A stretch of DNA of 63,027 bases, the filler included, from Octopus bimaculoides (Eukaryota): the NCBI RefSeq assembly GCF_001194135.2. It is 4 parts of 4 records of this genome, joined end to end, with 100 filler letters (N's around TTAATTAATTAA, not from the genome) between each part and the next. Parts side by side here need not be neighbours in the genome. Positions count along the whole stretch, not along the records: positions 11,615 to 33,606 come from NC_068991.1; 3 more parts are not named here. The stretch is one strand, 5' to 3'. Below, in pieces: positions 11,975-23,945 of the stretch; the first letter of the stretch is position 1, and each line of letters opens with the position of its first letter. Made by a program: the position numbers and the translations under genes. The notes below the pieces were generated by a model that worked only from the letters and a program-made list of their open reading frames with translations, did not search any database and was not told the DNA's origin.

Positions 11975-12007
11975 TAATATTACTGTTATTATTATTATTA
12001 TTATTAT

Positions 12008-12258
12008 TCTTTTATTCTTATATTTTTTCAGTCATTTGACAGCGACCATGCTGGAGCATCGCCTTTAGTTGAACAAATGAACCCCAGGACTTATTCTTTG
12101 TAAGCCTAGTACTTATCTCATCGGTCTCTTTTGCCAAACCGCTAAGTTACAGGAACCTAAACACACCAACATTGGTTGTGAAGCGATGGTGGTGGGAACA
12201 AACACAGACACACAAATATATACATACATACATACATACATACATGTATATATACGTC
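12008..12258 (-). mobile_element. SINE family 2, 3' half with an internal (TATG)n tract
   Basis: Reverse complement of the 10619 and 44506 copies. Confidence 0.88.
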
Positions 12259-12269
12259 TAGATAGAATA

Positions 12270-12490
12270 GAGACAGCTGATGAAGGGATATTCCAAGTGG
12301 CTTTCCGTTTTCCTATGTGTTCGTTCCGTTGTCTGTAGTTTATTGTTCTAACGTCCTGTACCCTGATATGCATGTATATACACATGTAGATGTAAGTATG
12401 TACATATATGTGTGTATACCTGTATATATATTCTTTGTATTATTACATTATTGAACGCACACGTCCTTTTTTGCAAGTAAGTCTACTATT
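12270..12490 (+). mobile_element. Unclassified dispersed repeat of the 'GCTGATGAAGG...ACGTCCTGTACC' family
   Basis: Homologous blocks at 16670-16870, 32600-32790 and, on the minus strand, 26225-26380. Confidence 0.65.
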
Positions 12491-12511
12491 ATTCTGATGT
12501 GACTCTATCTT

Positions 12512-12542
<31 letters not shown>

Positions 12543-13407
12543 GTCTATCTATCTATCTATCTATCTTTCTATCTATTTATCTATCTGTCTTCCTCTATCG
12601 TTCTATCTATCCCTCTGTCCTGGCCTCTATTTCACTGCTATACCCTTCTGTCCCTTCCTCCTTGTNNNNNNNNNNNNNNNNNNNNNNNNNNNNNNNNNNN
12701 NNNNNNNNNNNNNNNNNNNNNNNNNNNNNNNNNNNNNNNNNNNNNNNNNNNNNNNNNNNNNNNNNNNNNNNNNNNNNNNNNNNNNNNNNNNNNNNNNNNN
12801 NNNNNNNNNNNNNNNNNNNNNNNNNNNNNNNNNNNNNNNNNNNNNNNNNNNNNNNNNNNNNNNNNNNNNNNNNNNNNNNNNNNNNNNNNNNNNNNNNNNN
12901 NNNNNNNNNNNNNNNNNNNNNNNNNNNNNNNNNNNNNNNNNNNNNNNNNNNNNNNNNNNNNNNNNNNNNNNNNNNNNNNNNNNNNNNNNNNNNNNNNNNN
13001 NNNNNNNNNNNNNNNNNNNNNNNNNNNNNNNNNNNNNNNNNNNNNNNNNNNNNNNNNNNNNNNNNNNNNNNNNNNNNNNNNNNNNNNNNNNNNNNNNNNN
13101 NNNNNNNNNNNNNNNNNNNNNNNNNNNNNNNNNNNNNNNNNNNNNNNNNNNNNNNNNNNNNNNNNNNNNNNNNNNNNNNNNNNNNNNNNNNNNNNNNNNN
13201 NNNNNNNNNNNNNNNNNNNNNNNNNNNNNNNNNNNNNNNNNNNNNNNNNNNNNNNNNNNNNNNNNNNNNNNNNNNNNNNNNNNNNNNNNNNNNNNNNNNN
13301 NNNNNNNNNNNNNNNNNNNNNNNNNNNNNNNNNNNNNNNNNNNNNNNNNNNNNNNNNNNNNNNNNNNNNNNTACTCTCCCAGTAATATCTCCTCCCCATC
13401 ACCCTCA

Positions 13408-13426
13408 TAATAATAATAATAATAAT

Positions 13427-13459
<33 letters not shown>

Positions 13460-13560
13460 AAGAAGAAGAAGAAGAAGAAGAAGAAGAAGAAGAAGAAGAA
13501 GAAGAAGAAGAAGGACAATTATTACTATTATTATTATTATATATTTATTTATTTATTTAT
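13408..13560. repeat. (AAT)n-(AGA)n-(TAT)n compound microsatellite
   Basis: Directly visible. Confidence 0.95.
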
Positions 13561-13841
13561 TTACTGCTTCAATTCAGTGTCCCATGTTTTACTGCCCTTT
13601 AGGGTATTCATTCAGACGCAGACGCCAGTGTAAAAGACCGTTAATAGCGCATTAATTAACAATAGCGTGTAAATTGCCTGTACAATATGGCCGATGCTCA
13701 TTTCCTTCAGCGGTTTATTTCATTGTTATATTTCTCTTGACATCATGACCGTCATTATTATTGTCATTATCCTTTCTGTATTATTACCATCATTATCATC
13801 ATCAACATCATTATCACTACCGTCATTATTTTTAGCATTAC

Positions 13842-13912
<71 letters not shown>

Positions 13913-14520
13913 GTGATGATGGTGTTGTTGTTATAGTTGTTACTAGCCATGGATGTACGCGTTTACACAACTCAGCTCAGCAAATGATTCCTTGCAGTAT
14001 TACTTGAATCGTATCAGTGAATACGACAACCGTACAAAAAATAGAATTAAATAGAGACAGAAGTACACACGGTTACAATTTGTGATGCACAAAAGAATAA
14101 CGTTACGGAAACAAAATTCAAACGATAACGATATAAACATCACATATAATAACAGTAACTCATCTTTTGGAAGTGTTACAAAACATAAAGTTGCATTAGG
14201 TGTGTTTCGTGGTAAATATAAAAGGAATATAAAAGAGATATATCACAAAATAATTGCCTTCTTGCTCGAAAAATTTACCAAGGGAAGATAATGGAGAAAA
14301 GTAGCATAACTCTGCTTTTGAAAACACGGACACGAAAATTTATATGTCCCCTTGAAGGAGAATAGAACGACGCCCTTGGTGATGTTTAATAGAGGCAGGG
14401 CATCGAGAAAGATGGTTCTAGAAGGCTTTACAGCCCGTGTAAGTTACACGCCTACTCATGAGATGATGGGACCCACTCATTGGTGCTGATCCCTGGACAC
14501 CTCCGGGTATTCTCGGACAT

Positions 14521-15680
14521 TTATTCTATAACCTGGACGATTAGCAGAGCAGAAAATCTAACTAATGCATATGTGACAGTTCCAACCATATCAGTACTTA
14601 TTTCCCAAATAAGAAATACGGAAAAAGTCCAGGGCAGGGTCTCCTCCCTCCGTCCCTCCAGCTTCTTTACGAAGCTCTGTATCACCCCTCCCTTATGAAA
14701 GAAGATCACAAAATCATCCGTCATCGCTCTGGAAGAGGGCCACCGTTTCCTCCGTCGGTGACAATCCCCACCGACGAGATTTCAGGACATGCCGGCATTA
14801 CACTACCAACCGCCGGCAATGTCCCATTCTTTGCTTTTTTTTTTCCACCTTTGTGCTACGGGCGGGTGTGGTACCTCCACTTTATCCGGAAGATCTTCCC
14901 TCCCTCCCGCAGCTTTAGGGTCCTTCGGTGGGAAACCATTGTTGCCCACCTTTCTTTTCTTCCTTTTTTCGAGGTCTCCACCTCCTCGACTGCCTCTATC
15001 TCTCCCTCCAAAGGAGGAGCGGGGGCGCTACTTTTATTAACTACTCCAGGACCCTACTATGGTCCTGGGGGGTTTTCTTCTTAATATGGCCCGGTTCCAA
15101 GTACATGTGACACTGGGGGGGGGCGTCCCTCAAGAATCACCGGATACCTAGAATCGGCCATTTTAAGAAAATCTGGAAGCACCAGATACTTGGCTGATTG
15201 GATCCACAGGGTCAAAACTGCTTTTGACCCCTCCCAATCAGCCGCAGGAACCAATTTTGACATTGAGGAGCTTGGCTCCGCTGCCACCCAGATCACGGTG
15301 GATAGTGTCTTCTATCCACTCGGGTTCTATCCCGGGTGGCAAACCGCAGACCCAAGCACTTGTCAACTTCTTCCGACAATACGTGGGAAGAAACAATATT
15401 TCTTCGCCCTCTAAGGGCTGACTTGCAAAATTGCGAGCCTCTTCATGGGTGTCAAAAAGCAACTACCCCGTCGCATATTTGACACCCCTGGAAATAAATT
15501 TTATAGTTGGCATATATTCCGCCAACTCTCTCTCTCTCTGTCGATCTTTTTAAAGAGGGCGATGGTGTCCAGCGACTTGACGTACGCTCGCAGCACCACC
15601 GTCCTCTCCTCAAGACATTTTATCCACTGTTTGGGTGGGGCAATTTCCCACTCCAACACCTTATCATCTTTCTTTGCCAT
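14521..15680 (-). pseudogene. Frameshifted ORF1/gag-like gene (RRM-like region and degenerate CCHC knuckle) of a retroelement
   Basis: Consecutive minus-strand frames give MAKKDDKVLEWEIAPPKQW..., LFDTHEEARNFASQPL...SAWVCGLPPGIEPEWIEDTI..., LPDFLKMADSRYPVILEGRPP, then after a +1 slip QCHMYLEPGHIKKKTP (a decayed CX2CX4HX4C). A possible C-terminal segment lies at 14521-14724. The surrounding 14330-16170 is GC-richer than its flanks. Confidence 0.65.
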
Positions 15681-16863
15681 GTTTGAGAGCAGAAAAGTTA
15701 AAACCAAAGTTCAAAAAAAGTTCGAAGACAAAATAAACAAAAAAGTCAGAAGAAAGAAGGAAGACATTTCAAAACACAGTTGAATAAAGCACAATTCCGG
15801 CCGACAGTATTCCTGGCCTAGGGTAATCCACCAGCAGGAACAGAGCTCCACAAATTGGTACAAATTTCACAAACTTTTGGTAAGATTTACAAATTTTGGT
15901 AAAATTCCACAACTTTTTTTGGAGGTGAAACACGCCCCAAAAACAACAATTTTCAGAGCTCAGTGAGTCACTTAGCGCGACTGCAGGCAGGCAAATGTCC
16001 AGGACTCTGCGAGGATTTCTTATTTGCAAAAAGAAAAACAATATCAAATAACAAACCCCGCTAAATCCGTCCAAAAAACAGATGCCCACCTTACAGTCGC
16101 GCCCTCAACGTAATTCACTTCAAGACCGCTGTGAAAGCACGTCTTGACAGCATTCAGTGCAAAAACAACACTGACTCACGCACGCGCAGTAAGCAAGCTA
16201 CTTACACACTGCCACTTCTACGCCTATATGGAAAAGTATATATATATATACATATGTATGTATGTATGTATGTATGCCTCTCCCCTTCACTACTATATCT
16301 CTCTTTCTTCCTCCCTGTCTCTCGTTGCTCGCCTATATTGTACTTCCTCCCCTTTTTTCTCCCTCTACCATTCTTCCTCCTTATCCATCGCTGGTCACAT
16401 GTGTCCGGCTACTACTTCCTTTCCTATCTTGGCCACTGTCAAGCTCGCACGAACTTTCTTCTGTCTTCCTTCCAGTTCGCCATATCACAGCGTTCAGTAT
16501 ATATTTTTTTCACGTCTGGCCTTATAGTCAGTCCTTCTTGTTTATTTTCACTGTTCCTTTTTCCTGTCTTGTTTTCTGTTCGCCACTACATTCCTCCGCG
16601 TTAAAAATTTAATTTGTTTCCGCGGGAAGAGCATCCTGCCCTAACTATTCGAAACGCTTAGTTTTAGAATGGTGGCAGCTGATGAAGGAAATGTCCTCTT
16701 TGTGGCCTGTGTGTTTTCTGTGCTCTGTTTATGGTCTGTTTCTCATTTTGTCCACGCTTTTTTTTTTGTAACGTCCTGTACCCAGATATGCATCTATATA
16801 TACATGTAGATGTAGGTATGTACATATATGTACGTATATATGCATATACTCATATATTATTTG

Positions 16864-16923
<60 letters not shown>

Positions 16924-17038
16924 GTGTACAAACAATTTACGTATTTATACACGTATTATACATGCTAGAAATGACAGTTAAAGCTCACACCACAAGAGCA
17001 ATTTCAAAGGCAATGAAAATAAAAAATAATATTTTTAT

Positions 17039-17290
17039 ATTCTGTTCTGTCTGGGTAGAGCCATTTTCTTATCGTGCCTTAAAATTTAACACACTCACCG
17101 TTAAAACGGACAGAGTCAAGACTATCGAAAAGGTTGCAAGCTCAACGAAAATTTTAGGAAAATAAAAATAATAAGTGAGCGTGTTAAATTTTAAGGCACG
17201 ATAAGAAAATGACTCTACCCAGATACAACAGAATATGCTTCAACACACGAAATCACATAAAAAATCTTGCAAACCAAATCCAAAAACGAG
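17039..17290. mobile_element. 252-bp insertion with a roughly 58-bp internal inverted repeat and a 10-bp direct-repeat flank
   Basis: ATATTTTTAT occurs at 17029-17038 and 17291-17300. The inverted repeat is about 17040-17098 versus 17175-17235. Confidence 0.65.
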
Positions 17291-17305
17291 ATATTTTTAT
17301 AGCTA

Positions 17306-17376
17306 CCCTCAAACTCGAGTTTTTGTATCAATGTGCAAAATAGATTAATTTGCCATCCGTACTTCTTCAGTGGGGG
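17306..17376 (-). ncRNA. Type I hammerhead motif, family B (G12 mutated to A)
   Basis: The minus strand reads CCCCCA-CTGAAGA-AGTA...TACA-AAAAC-TCGA-GTT-TGAGGG, with a perfect palindromic helix III ACTCGAGT. Confidence 0.65.
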
Positions 17377-17780
17377 CGCTAAAATGAATGCATATTTATG
17401 CAGCAAATAGCACCGAAAATATACGTGCTACATACTTATACATTATAATTTTCAAATCCACAGCGCAATCGCAGTTACATTCGGCAGCGAATAATAATAA
17501 AAAATTAAAACTGCGTACCAGAAAGGCTTCGAAACTACGATAATTTTACTGTGAAAATAATAAGGGTAGAAAACTTAGAAAAATGTTCATACCGGTGGCC
17601 GGCATGCGTAATAAAGTCAATAGACAACATATTTTCATATGTAATAGTCTATAAACAATTTACGTATTTATACATGAAAGAGGTGACCTTAAAAGATGGA
17701 GTTGAAAATTATAATATATAAGTATATAGCACGTGTATTTTCGGTGCTATTTGCTGCATAAATATGCATTCATTTTAGCG

Positions 17781-17851
17781 CCCTCACTGAAGAATTACGG
17801 ATGGCAAATTAATTTATTTTGCACATTGATACAGAAACTCGAATCTGAGGG
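17781..17851 (+). ncRNA. Type I hammerhead motif, family B (core intact, helix III mismatch)
   Basis: CCCTCA 17781-17786 / TGAGGG 17846-17851 form a 6-bp stem I; CTGAAGA 17787-17793; GAAAC 17834-17838; TCGA; ATC triplet. Confidence 0.7.
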
Positions 17852-18099
17852 TAACTCCAAAAATATTTTTTTAGTTTTTATTTTCATTGCCTTTGAAATT
17901 GCACTTATTCGTGGTTTGGGCTTTAACTGTCCTTTCTAACATGTAAAGTGTCCTGTTAAAGGTTACTTCTTTCGTGTATAAATACGTAAGTTGTTTGTAC
18001 ACTATTATATATGAAAATCTGTTGTCTATTGACTTTATTACACATGCTAGCCACCGGTATGAAAACTTTTCTAAATTTTCTACCCTTATTATTTTCACA

Positions 18100-18138
<39 letters not shown>

Positions 18139-19237
18139 CACACACTTATTGGTCCTCTTATTTGTCTATGATTCTATCAATCTTAAGTATTTGTCTATAT
18201 ATCATCAATCGATATATCTATCTACAGTCTTTCTGTCTATTCACCTCTATTTTTTCTATTCAACTATCCTGTGTCTTCAACTTTATCTGTCGAAATGTTA
18301 GTATGCTATGTCTATCTATCTGTCTATATATTCATATTTTACTGTCTCTGTAAATCTGTGCATATATGCGTGTGTGCGCGCGCGTGTGTATGTATTTCTG
18401 AGTGTATGTGTGATTATGTTTGTAGGTGTGTGTTCATGTATTTATATCATTATGCGTGTTTATCCCCTACTCTCTTTACGCGTTTTCATTTTTCATCAAT
18501 CTATGTGCCCACGTGTATATAGGTCTACACATACAGACATACACACACATATACAAATACGCACACATACGAATATGTGTGCATAAGTGTGTGAGCGAGC
18601 GTGTGTGTGTCTGTGTTTGTGTGTGTCTGTCAGTGAGTACTACAACATAGCACTTCAGGGAAAACAAATTAGACTGCTATTGTTGAAGGCCAGCTCTCTG
18701 TGTCATCTCGTCTCTTCTCGTCTTGTCTCATCTCGTGATAAGCCATTTAACAACAGAATGAAACAACCTAATGTATACGGTCCTTCACTTAAACTCATTG
18801 CATCACACAAACACCCACCGCCATCATACAATTCTTCTTTCTTCCTTTCTGTTTCCCTCTCTTTTGCATGCACGCACACGCGCACGCACACACACACACA
18901 CACACACACGCACACACACGCACGCGCGCACACGCACACGCACACACACACACACACACACATCCTCCTTCTCTCTCGCAACCACCGATTCTTGATCTGT
19001 TCGAATCCCAGTGACTTCAACTTCCGCCTCCAACTACGATACATCCTCGGGGCCTCTTGTGACCACTTGATCGCCCCGCTGTCCCTTATGTACCAACGCC
19101 ATATTCGTTCTCCTTTCCTATAAATCTTTTCTTTCAAGAACTAATATAATTTTCCCCAAACTGAGTCAAGTTATATTTTCTTACATTTTTGGCCTAATTT
19201 ATATATTTTTACATTTTGGGGTTTCTTATATTATTAC

Positions 19238-19282
<45 letters not shown>

Positions 19283-19444
19283 CATTATTATTGTTTTTAT
19301 TATTATTATTATTATTATTTGACGAGATGGCTTTCTTTATATTGTCACGTAAGAAAGAGTCATTCGTAGTGAAGACATTATAAAAGAATGAACATGGTTT
19401 GCGATTAGAATTCAGAGTTGCTCTATATATCTGTGTGTGTGTGT

Positions 19445-19486
<42 letters not shown>

Positions 19487-19629
19487 TTCTCTCTCTCTCT
19501 CTCTCTCTCTCTTGTTCACTCACTTGCATATACATAAATATTTATATATACATACACTTATATGTTGTGTACATATGTATATAATATATAAATGTATGTA
19601 TATATATAAATATATATTGATAGAAAAGG

Positions 19630-19980
19630 TAAGACGACAAGAGAAAGAAAGAGACCTCAATATTATGTAAATAGAGGAATTTATCCGTAAATAATATGTG
19701 ACAATTATTTGGTAGCCATGATAAAACTCCGAGTTTCGGATGGCGGGGCGGAAACTCACGCCTTCAGTTATCTGGCCATCGAAAAAAATGCTATGAAAAT
19801 GACCGTTAAACAAAGGGAAATTACGGTCAATCACAAAGTAATTACCCTTTGTTTAACGGTCATTTTCATAGCATTATTTCGATGGCCAGATAACTGAAGA
19901 GATGGCGACGTGTGTTTCCGCCCCGACATCCGAAACTCAGAGTCTTATCATGGCTACCGAATAATTGTCACATATTATCT
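19630..19980. mobile_element. Family A fold-back: two outward-facing hammerhead-bearing units
   Basis: Arms of about 19693-19824 and 19838-19978 are reverse complements around a 13-nt spacer. Confidence 0.9.
19883..19956 (+). ncRNA. Type I hammerhead ribozyme, family A, apparently intact (predicted cut after C19944)
   Basis: Stem I TGGCCAGATAA / TTATC(A)TGGCTA (11 bp, one bulge); CTGAAGA 19894-19900; stem II GATG/CATC plus one extra C; GAAAC 19932-19936; helix III ACT-CAG-AGT; GTC 19942-19944. Confidence 0.8.
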
Positions 19981-20369
19981 ACACACACNNNNNNNNNNNN
20001 NNNNNNNNNNNNNNNNNNNNNNNNNNNNNNNNNNNNNNNNNNNNNNNNNNNNNNNNNNNNNNNNNNNNNNNNNNNNNNNNNNNNNNNNNNNNNNNNNNNN
20101 NNNNNNNNNNNNNNNNNNNNNNNNNNNNNNNNNNNNNNNNNNNNNNNNNNNNNNNNNNNNNNNNNNNNNNNNNNNNNNNNNNNNNNNNNNNNNNNNNNNN
20201 NNNNNNNNNNNNNNNNNNNNNNNNNNNNNNNNNNNNNNNNNNNNNNNCCTTTTTGAAGGCTGGGTAGGTAGTAGCAGATCTGAAGAAGTAGCGTTTATGG
20301 GTGCAGAGAAATGTTTGGTTCTGAAGTTTGATGGTTTAAGCAGCAGCAGCCGAGGAAGGAGACGGCGAA

Positions 20370-20430
20370 GAAGAAGAAGAAGAAGAAGAAGAAGAAGAAG
20401 AAGAAGAAGAAGAAGAAGAAGAAGAAGAAG

Positions 20431-20474
<44 letters not shown>

Positions 20475-20475
20475 G
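20370..20475. repeat. (AAG)n-(AAC)n microsatellite
   Basis: Directly visible. Confidence 0.95.
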
Positions 20476-20829
20476 ACGGGAATGATATGACCCAGTAGTA
20501 GAGTTGTCCCTGGTATCTTTAATGGTCAAGTGGACTAAAAGTGACCTATTGTGCTTGTAGCAATAGTGGTAGGAATTGTTCTAAATAAATTCATGAGTAG
20601 CGACTGTTCTTAATATATCTATCGTTTTTAATATTTGCGTGTATTATTCTAAGATCCTTATAGTAGTGTAACCTGTGGTGGAGGCATTCAAAAGAGGTTT
20701 ATATTTTTGCGATAAAATATGATTTAGTAAAGGTTAGTACCGATTTCAGTCATTTCGACTTTTTCAACTAAGTGTAAAACAAAGGTGGGTATTAATTAAG
20801 AAAAAAAAACAATTAAATTGACAAAAATG

Positions 20830-21095
20830 TGCTGATTATAGGTTGCATTGTCCCCGAACTTATAGAGGGGAAAAATTCTAAAGTTTGATTGTCTATTAGT
20901 TGCGCAAATGCCAATGCGTTCAGTTAATGCTATTTTTCTGTATTCCCGTATTTTCATCTGGAATCTATGTACGGTCATCCTCTGGCGTAGACTGTTTTTT
21001 GTTTGACCAATGTATTGCTCTCGACACCCTGAGCAAGTTAACGCATATATTAGGTTTCCGAAGCACATGTGAAGTTGTTTTCCACCGTAAAACGT
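20830..21095 (-). pseudogene. Penelope-like GIY-YIG endonuclease fragment
   Basis: Translates as FTVENNFTCAS / NLIYALTCSGCREQYIGQTKNSLRQRMTVHR...FRIFPLYKF, with the GIY-YIG equivalents LIY and YIG and the catalytic R. Confidence 0.85.
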
Positions 21096-21295
21096 TTACC
21101 ATTATAAAGAGCAAAAGACAACTCAAATCAATGAAAAGTCTTCTAACACAAGCCCAAGTACACTTGTCAACAACATCAAAACCGACTGCAAAAAAATGCT
21201 GAAGACCTAACTGTGGTATATGCGTCGACCTAATTGAGGGATAGGTGTTCTCCTTCAAACAGGGTCAACGTTTTACAGTGAAAAGAGAAAATGAT
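21096..21295 (+). pseudogene. Inverted upstream linker segment of the same Penelope-like ORF
   Basis: Translates as TIIKSKRQLKSMKSLLTQA...AKKC*RPNCGICVDLIEG*VFSFKQGQRFTVK, the CxxxxCxxC linker that precedes GIY-YIG in Penelope-like elements. Confidence 0.75.
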
Positions 21296-23096
21296 AAGTA
21301 ACCCCAGAAACTGACAGCTATTATTAAAGAAAACTATACTATAGTTGTGTTCAAATGTAAGAGGTCTATGAGATGAATTTTATTATGAAAACGTCGTCAA
21401 AGACTATTAGGTACATAAACAATTGTGTAGCTTTTAAGTGATCAAAAAAGTGAGGATTTTAACAAATGAAAATATTTTTGTCATTTTGTCATTTTAACAT
21501 ATTTAGCGTTATAAAAATATGGTATCTGTTTTAATGGGTCGCTTAGCTTTGTAGTACAGAGCAGTTAACCGGTGTTTGAGGAGCAAGGGGTACAATTCTC
21601 TGTAGCAACCTGCTAATCACATTTCCGTTTTCTAAGGGTATTAGTCGATCTTTTAAGCTATTTCCACTGCTATTCTGCGTTCGAGATTTCCTTTATTTTT
21701 GGTAAAGTACCAACTGACTCGGCCCGTCAAAGTAATTCGTAACATAAAATTTTAGTTGTTCGCCAGATCTTCTAGGCTTCATCACTAATTCAGTTCACAG
21801 CCAATTTGAATGCTATATCTTTATCATTCACTCAGGAATATCAACTAACAACGACTGGAGAAAATGATTAGAGACAAGGCAATTACTCTATGCAGTATGA
21901 TTGAGATGATCAGTCTACCCGTAATCATCACGTCATTTATGAGCATACTGTAACTCGGATTAAATTATCCAACATATATTACAGATGCGATTTGGGGGAA
22001 GATTTGGCTGCTATTTCTAGCGGATTGAGCTACAATGTAGAAGCTCTCTTGTTGGTTCGAATGAGAATGATTTTAAATAACTTAGTTTGTTTTAACTATC
22101 AGAGCCAAGGCCGTGCTGGAGTGTTGCCTTCAAGCGTGAAGACATTTTTTTGTCATCACCATAATTATCATCGTTTTCGTCGTCGTTGTCCCCATCGACA
22201 TCATCACAACCACCATCACAACCACCATCATCAACATCGTGACCCATGTCGTCATTGTCTTCATTCGTTAGTAGTGTCAGTAGTGTAATGACACCGACTA
22301 CATTTTAATAAATAATAAATAAATAACTGAATGAATAAATGAAGGAATGAAAGAAGGAAGGTGGGAAGGAAAGAATAAATAGGTTAATAGAAAGAGAGAG
22401 AGAAATGGGGAAGAAACGTAACGAAGTGAGAGAGAGGAAGGCGAGGAGTGAGTGAAAAGAATTCATGAAGATGTTAACAAGAAGAATGTATACATATGTG
22501 TGTGTGTATGTGTGTGCGGGGGTGGTGGGAGAAGAAGAAGAAGAAGAAGAAGAAGAAGAAGAAGAAGAAGAAGAAGAAGAAGAAGAAGAAGAATCAACGA
22601 AGTCAGTGTCAAAATGCAAACTCCAATAGTCACGTGACAGAACCATTGATATTTGATTGAATTGTCTTTCAAGAATTCCTGTGTTTCCTGTAGCCACGAG
22701 GTTCCTAGTAAATTTAGTCTTATTAAAATTCTTTATCACGTCGAATAATGCCGCATCAAACCTCTCTCACATACTCCAGTTCTCTTCTCCTTCATGTATG
22801 TATTCTACCAAGATGTCTTATTTGAAATATGTATATCACCATTAGCACAACAACATTTGTGAAATAGTCCCTCTGTTTATTGTATACCCGAATATTAAAC
22901 TAAATGAAGGAATGAAAGAAGGAAGATAGGAAGGAAATATATGCAAGACAATGAGAGAGATTACTCACTTTGCTGGACAGAGCAGCTAAATTCGTTTCAA
23001 ATTACAATTTACCGTCTTCATTAATAAAAAGGAAAATAATAGGAAGAAAAAACTGAATTATGCGATCTTAGATACACTAATGCAGAAAACAAGAGT

Positions 23097-23148
<52 letters not shown>

Positions 23149-23180
23149 NNNNNNNNNNNNNNNNNNNNNNNNNNNNNNNN

Positions 23181-23223
<43 letters not shown>

Positions 23224-23430
23224 ATTATAATTTCTAAATCTCTCAAGGAGAGATATTCAGTAACAGCTCTTTAAAGTAAAGATCATTTGCCAACATAATA
23301 TGACTGTCCTGGATAGAACGATTGTTACAGTTGTTTAGCCCCAGGAAACATCGTTCCAGCTCGGTATGCGGCACAATATCTGTGTCCTTATATTTTCAAA
23401 CAGGGAATCCAGCAACTACATCCAGCACAA

Positions 23431-23489
23431 AGCAAAATCTGTGGACCGGTTCCTGGGTTATTGCTCTTTATCAGTATAGAATAGCTGCT
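23431..23489 (-). ncRNA. Type I hammerhead-like motif, family C, degenerate
   Basis: The minus strand reads TCTATA-CTGATAA-AGAGCAATAACCCA-GGAAC-CG-GTC-CACAGA. Confidence 0.5.
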
Positions 23490-23888
23490 TGGCTAGGTGG
23501 TGTCGCTGAATTCGCATATAATTTTCATAGTGACACATAGTTACTGGTCTAATAAATGGAAACATTATCATTTCTAAATCTCTCACAGAAAGCTGTTCAG
23601 TAACAGTTCTTAAAGTAAAGATTATTAGCCAACGTAATATAGCTGTCCTGGATAGGACGATTGTTACTGTTATTTAACTCCAGGAAACATCGTTTGCAGC
23701 TGGCTATACTACACAATATCTGTATCCTTATATTTGAAAATCATATATTACTTTAAAGAAATGTTACTGTATATCTCTCTTTGAGAAATTTAGAAATAAT
23801 AATGTTTCCATTTATTAGCTCAGTGATTGTGTGTCACTTAGAAAATTATATATTTTCGAACGGGAATTCAGCGACGCCACCTGACCAA

Positions 23889-23945
23889 GCAACTATTCTG
23901 TGCTGGTAAAGCGCAATAACCCAGAAACCGGTCCACAGATGTTGC
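23889..23945 (+). ncRNA. Type I hammerhead-like motif, family C
   Basis: Stem I GCAAC..TCTGTG / CACAGA.GTTGC; core CTGGTAA (two changes from CTGATGA); GAAAC 23924-23928; palindromic helix III ACCGGT; GTC 23931-23933. Confidence 0.6.

Larger units (their letters stand above)
16915..18100. mobile_element. Family B hammerhead-bearing repeat complex: partial tandem plus inverted copy
   Basis: 17290-17460 is the reverse complement of 17700-17870. 17548-17695 is the reverse complement of 17950-18100. 16915-17030 is the reverse complement of 17870-18010. Confidence 0.85.

Noticed and set aside
16630-16700. CGAAACG...GCTGATGAAGG motifs (also at 12276 and 32610) as hammerheads
   Set aside because: The core halves are in Type II order, but no stem I hairpin forms between them and no GAAAC follows CTGATGA.
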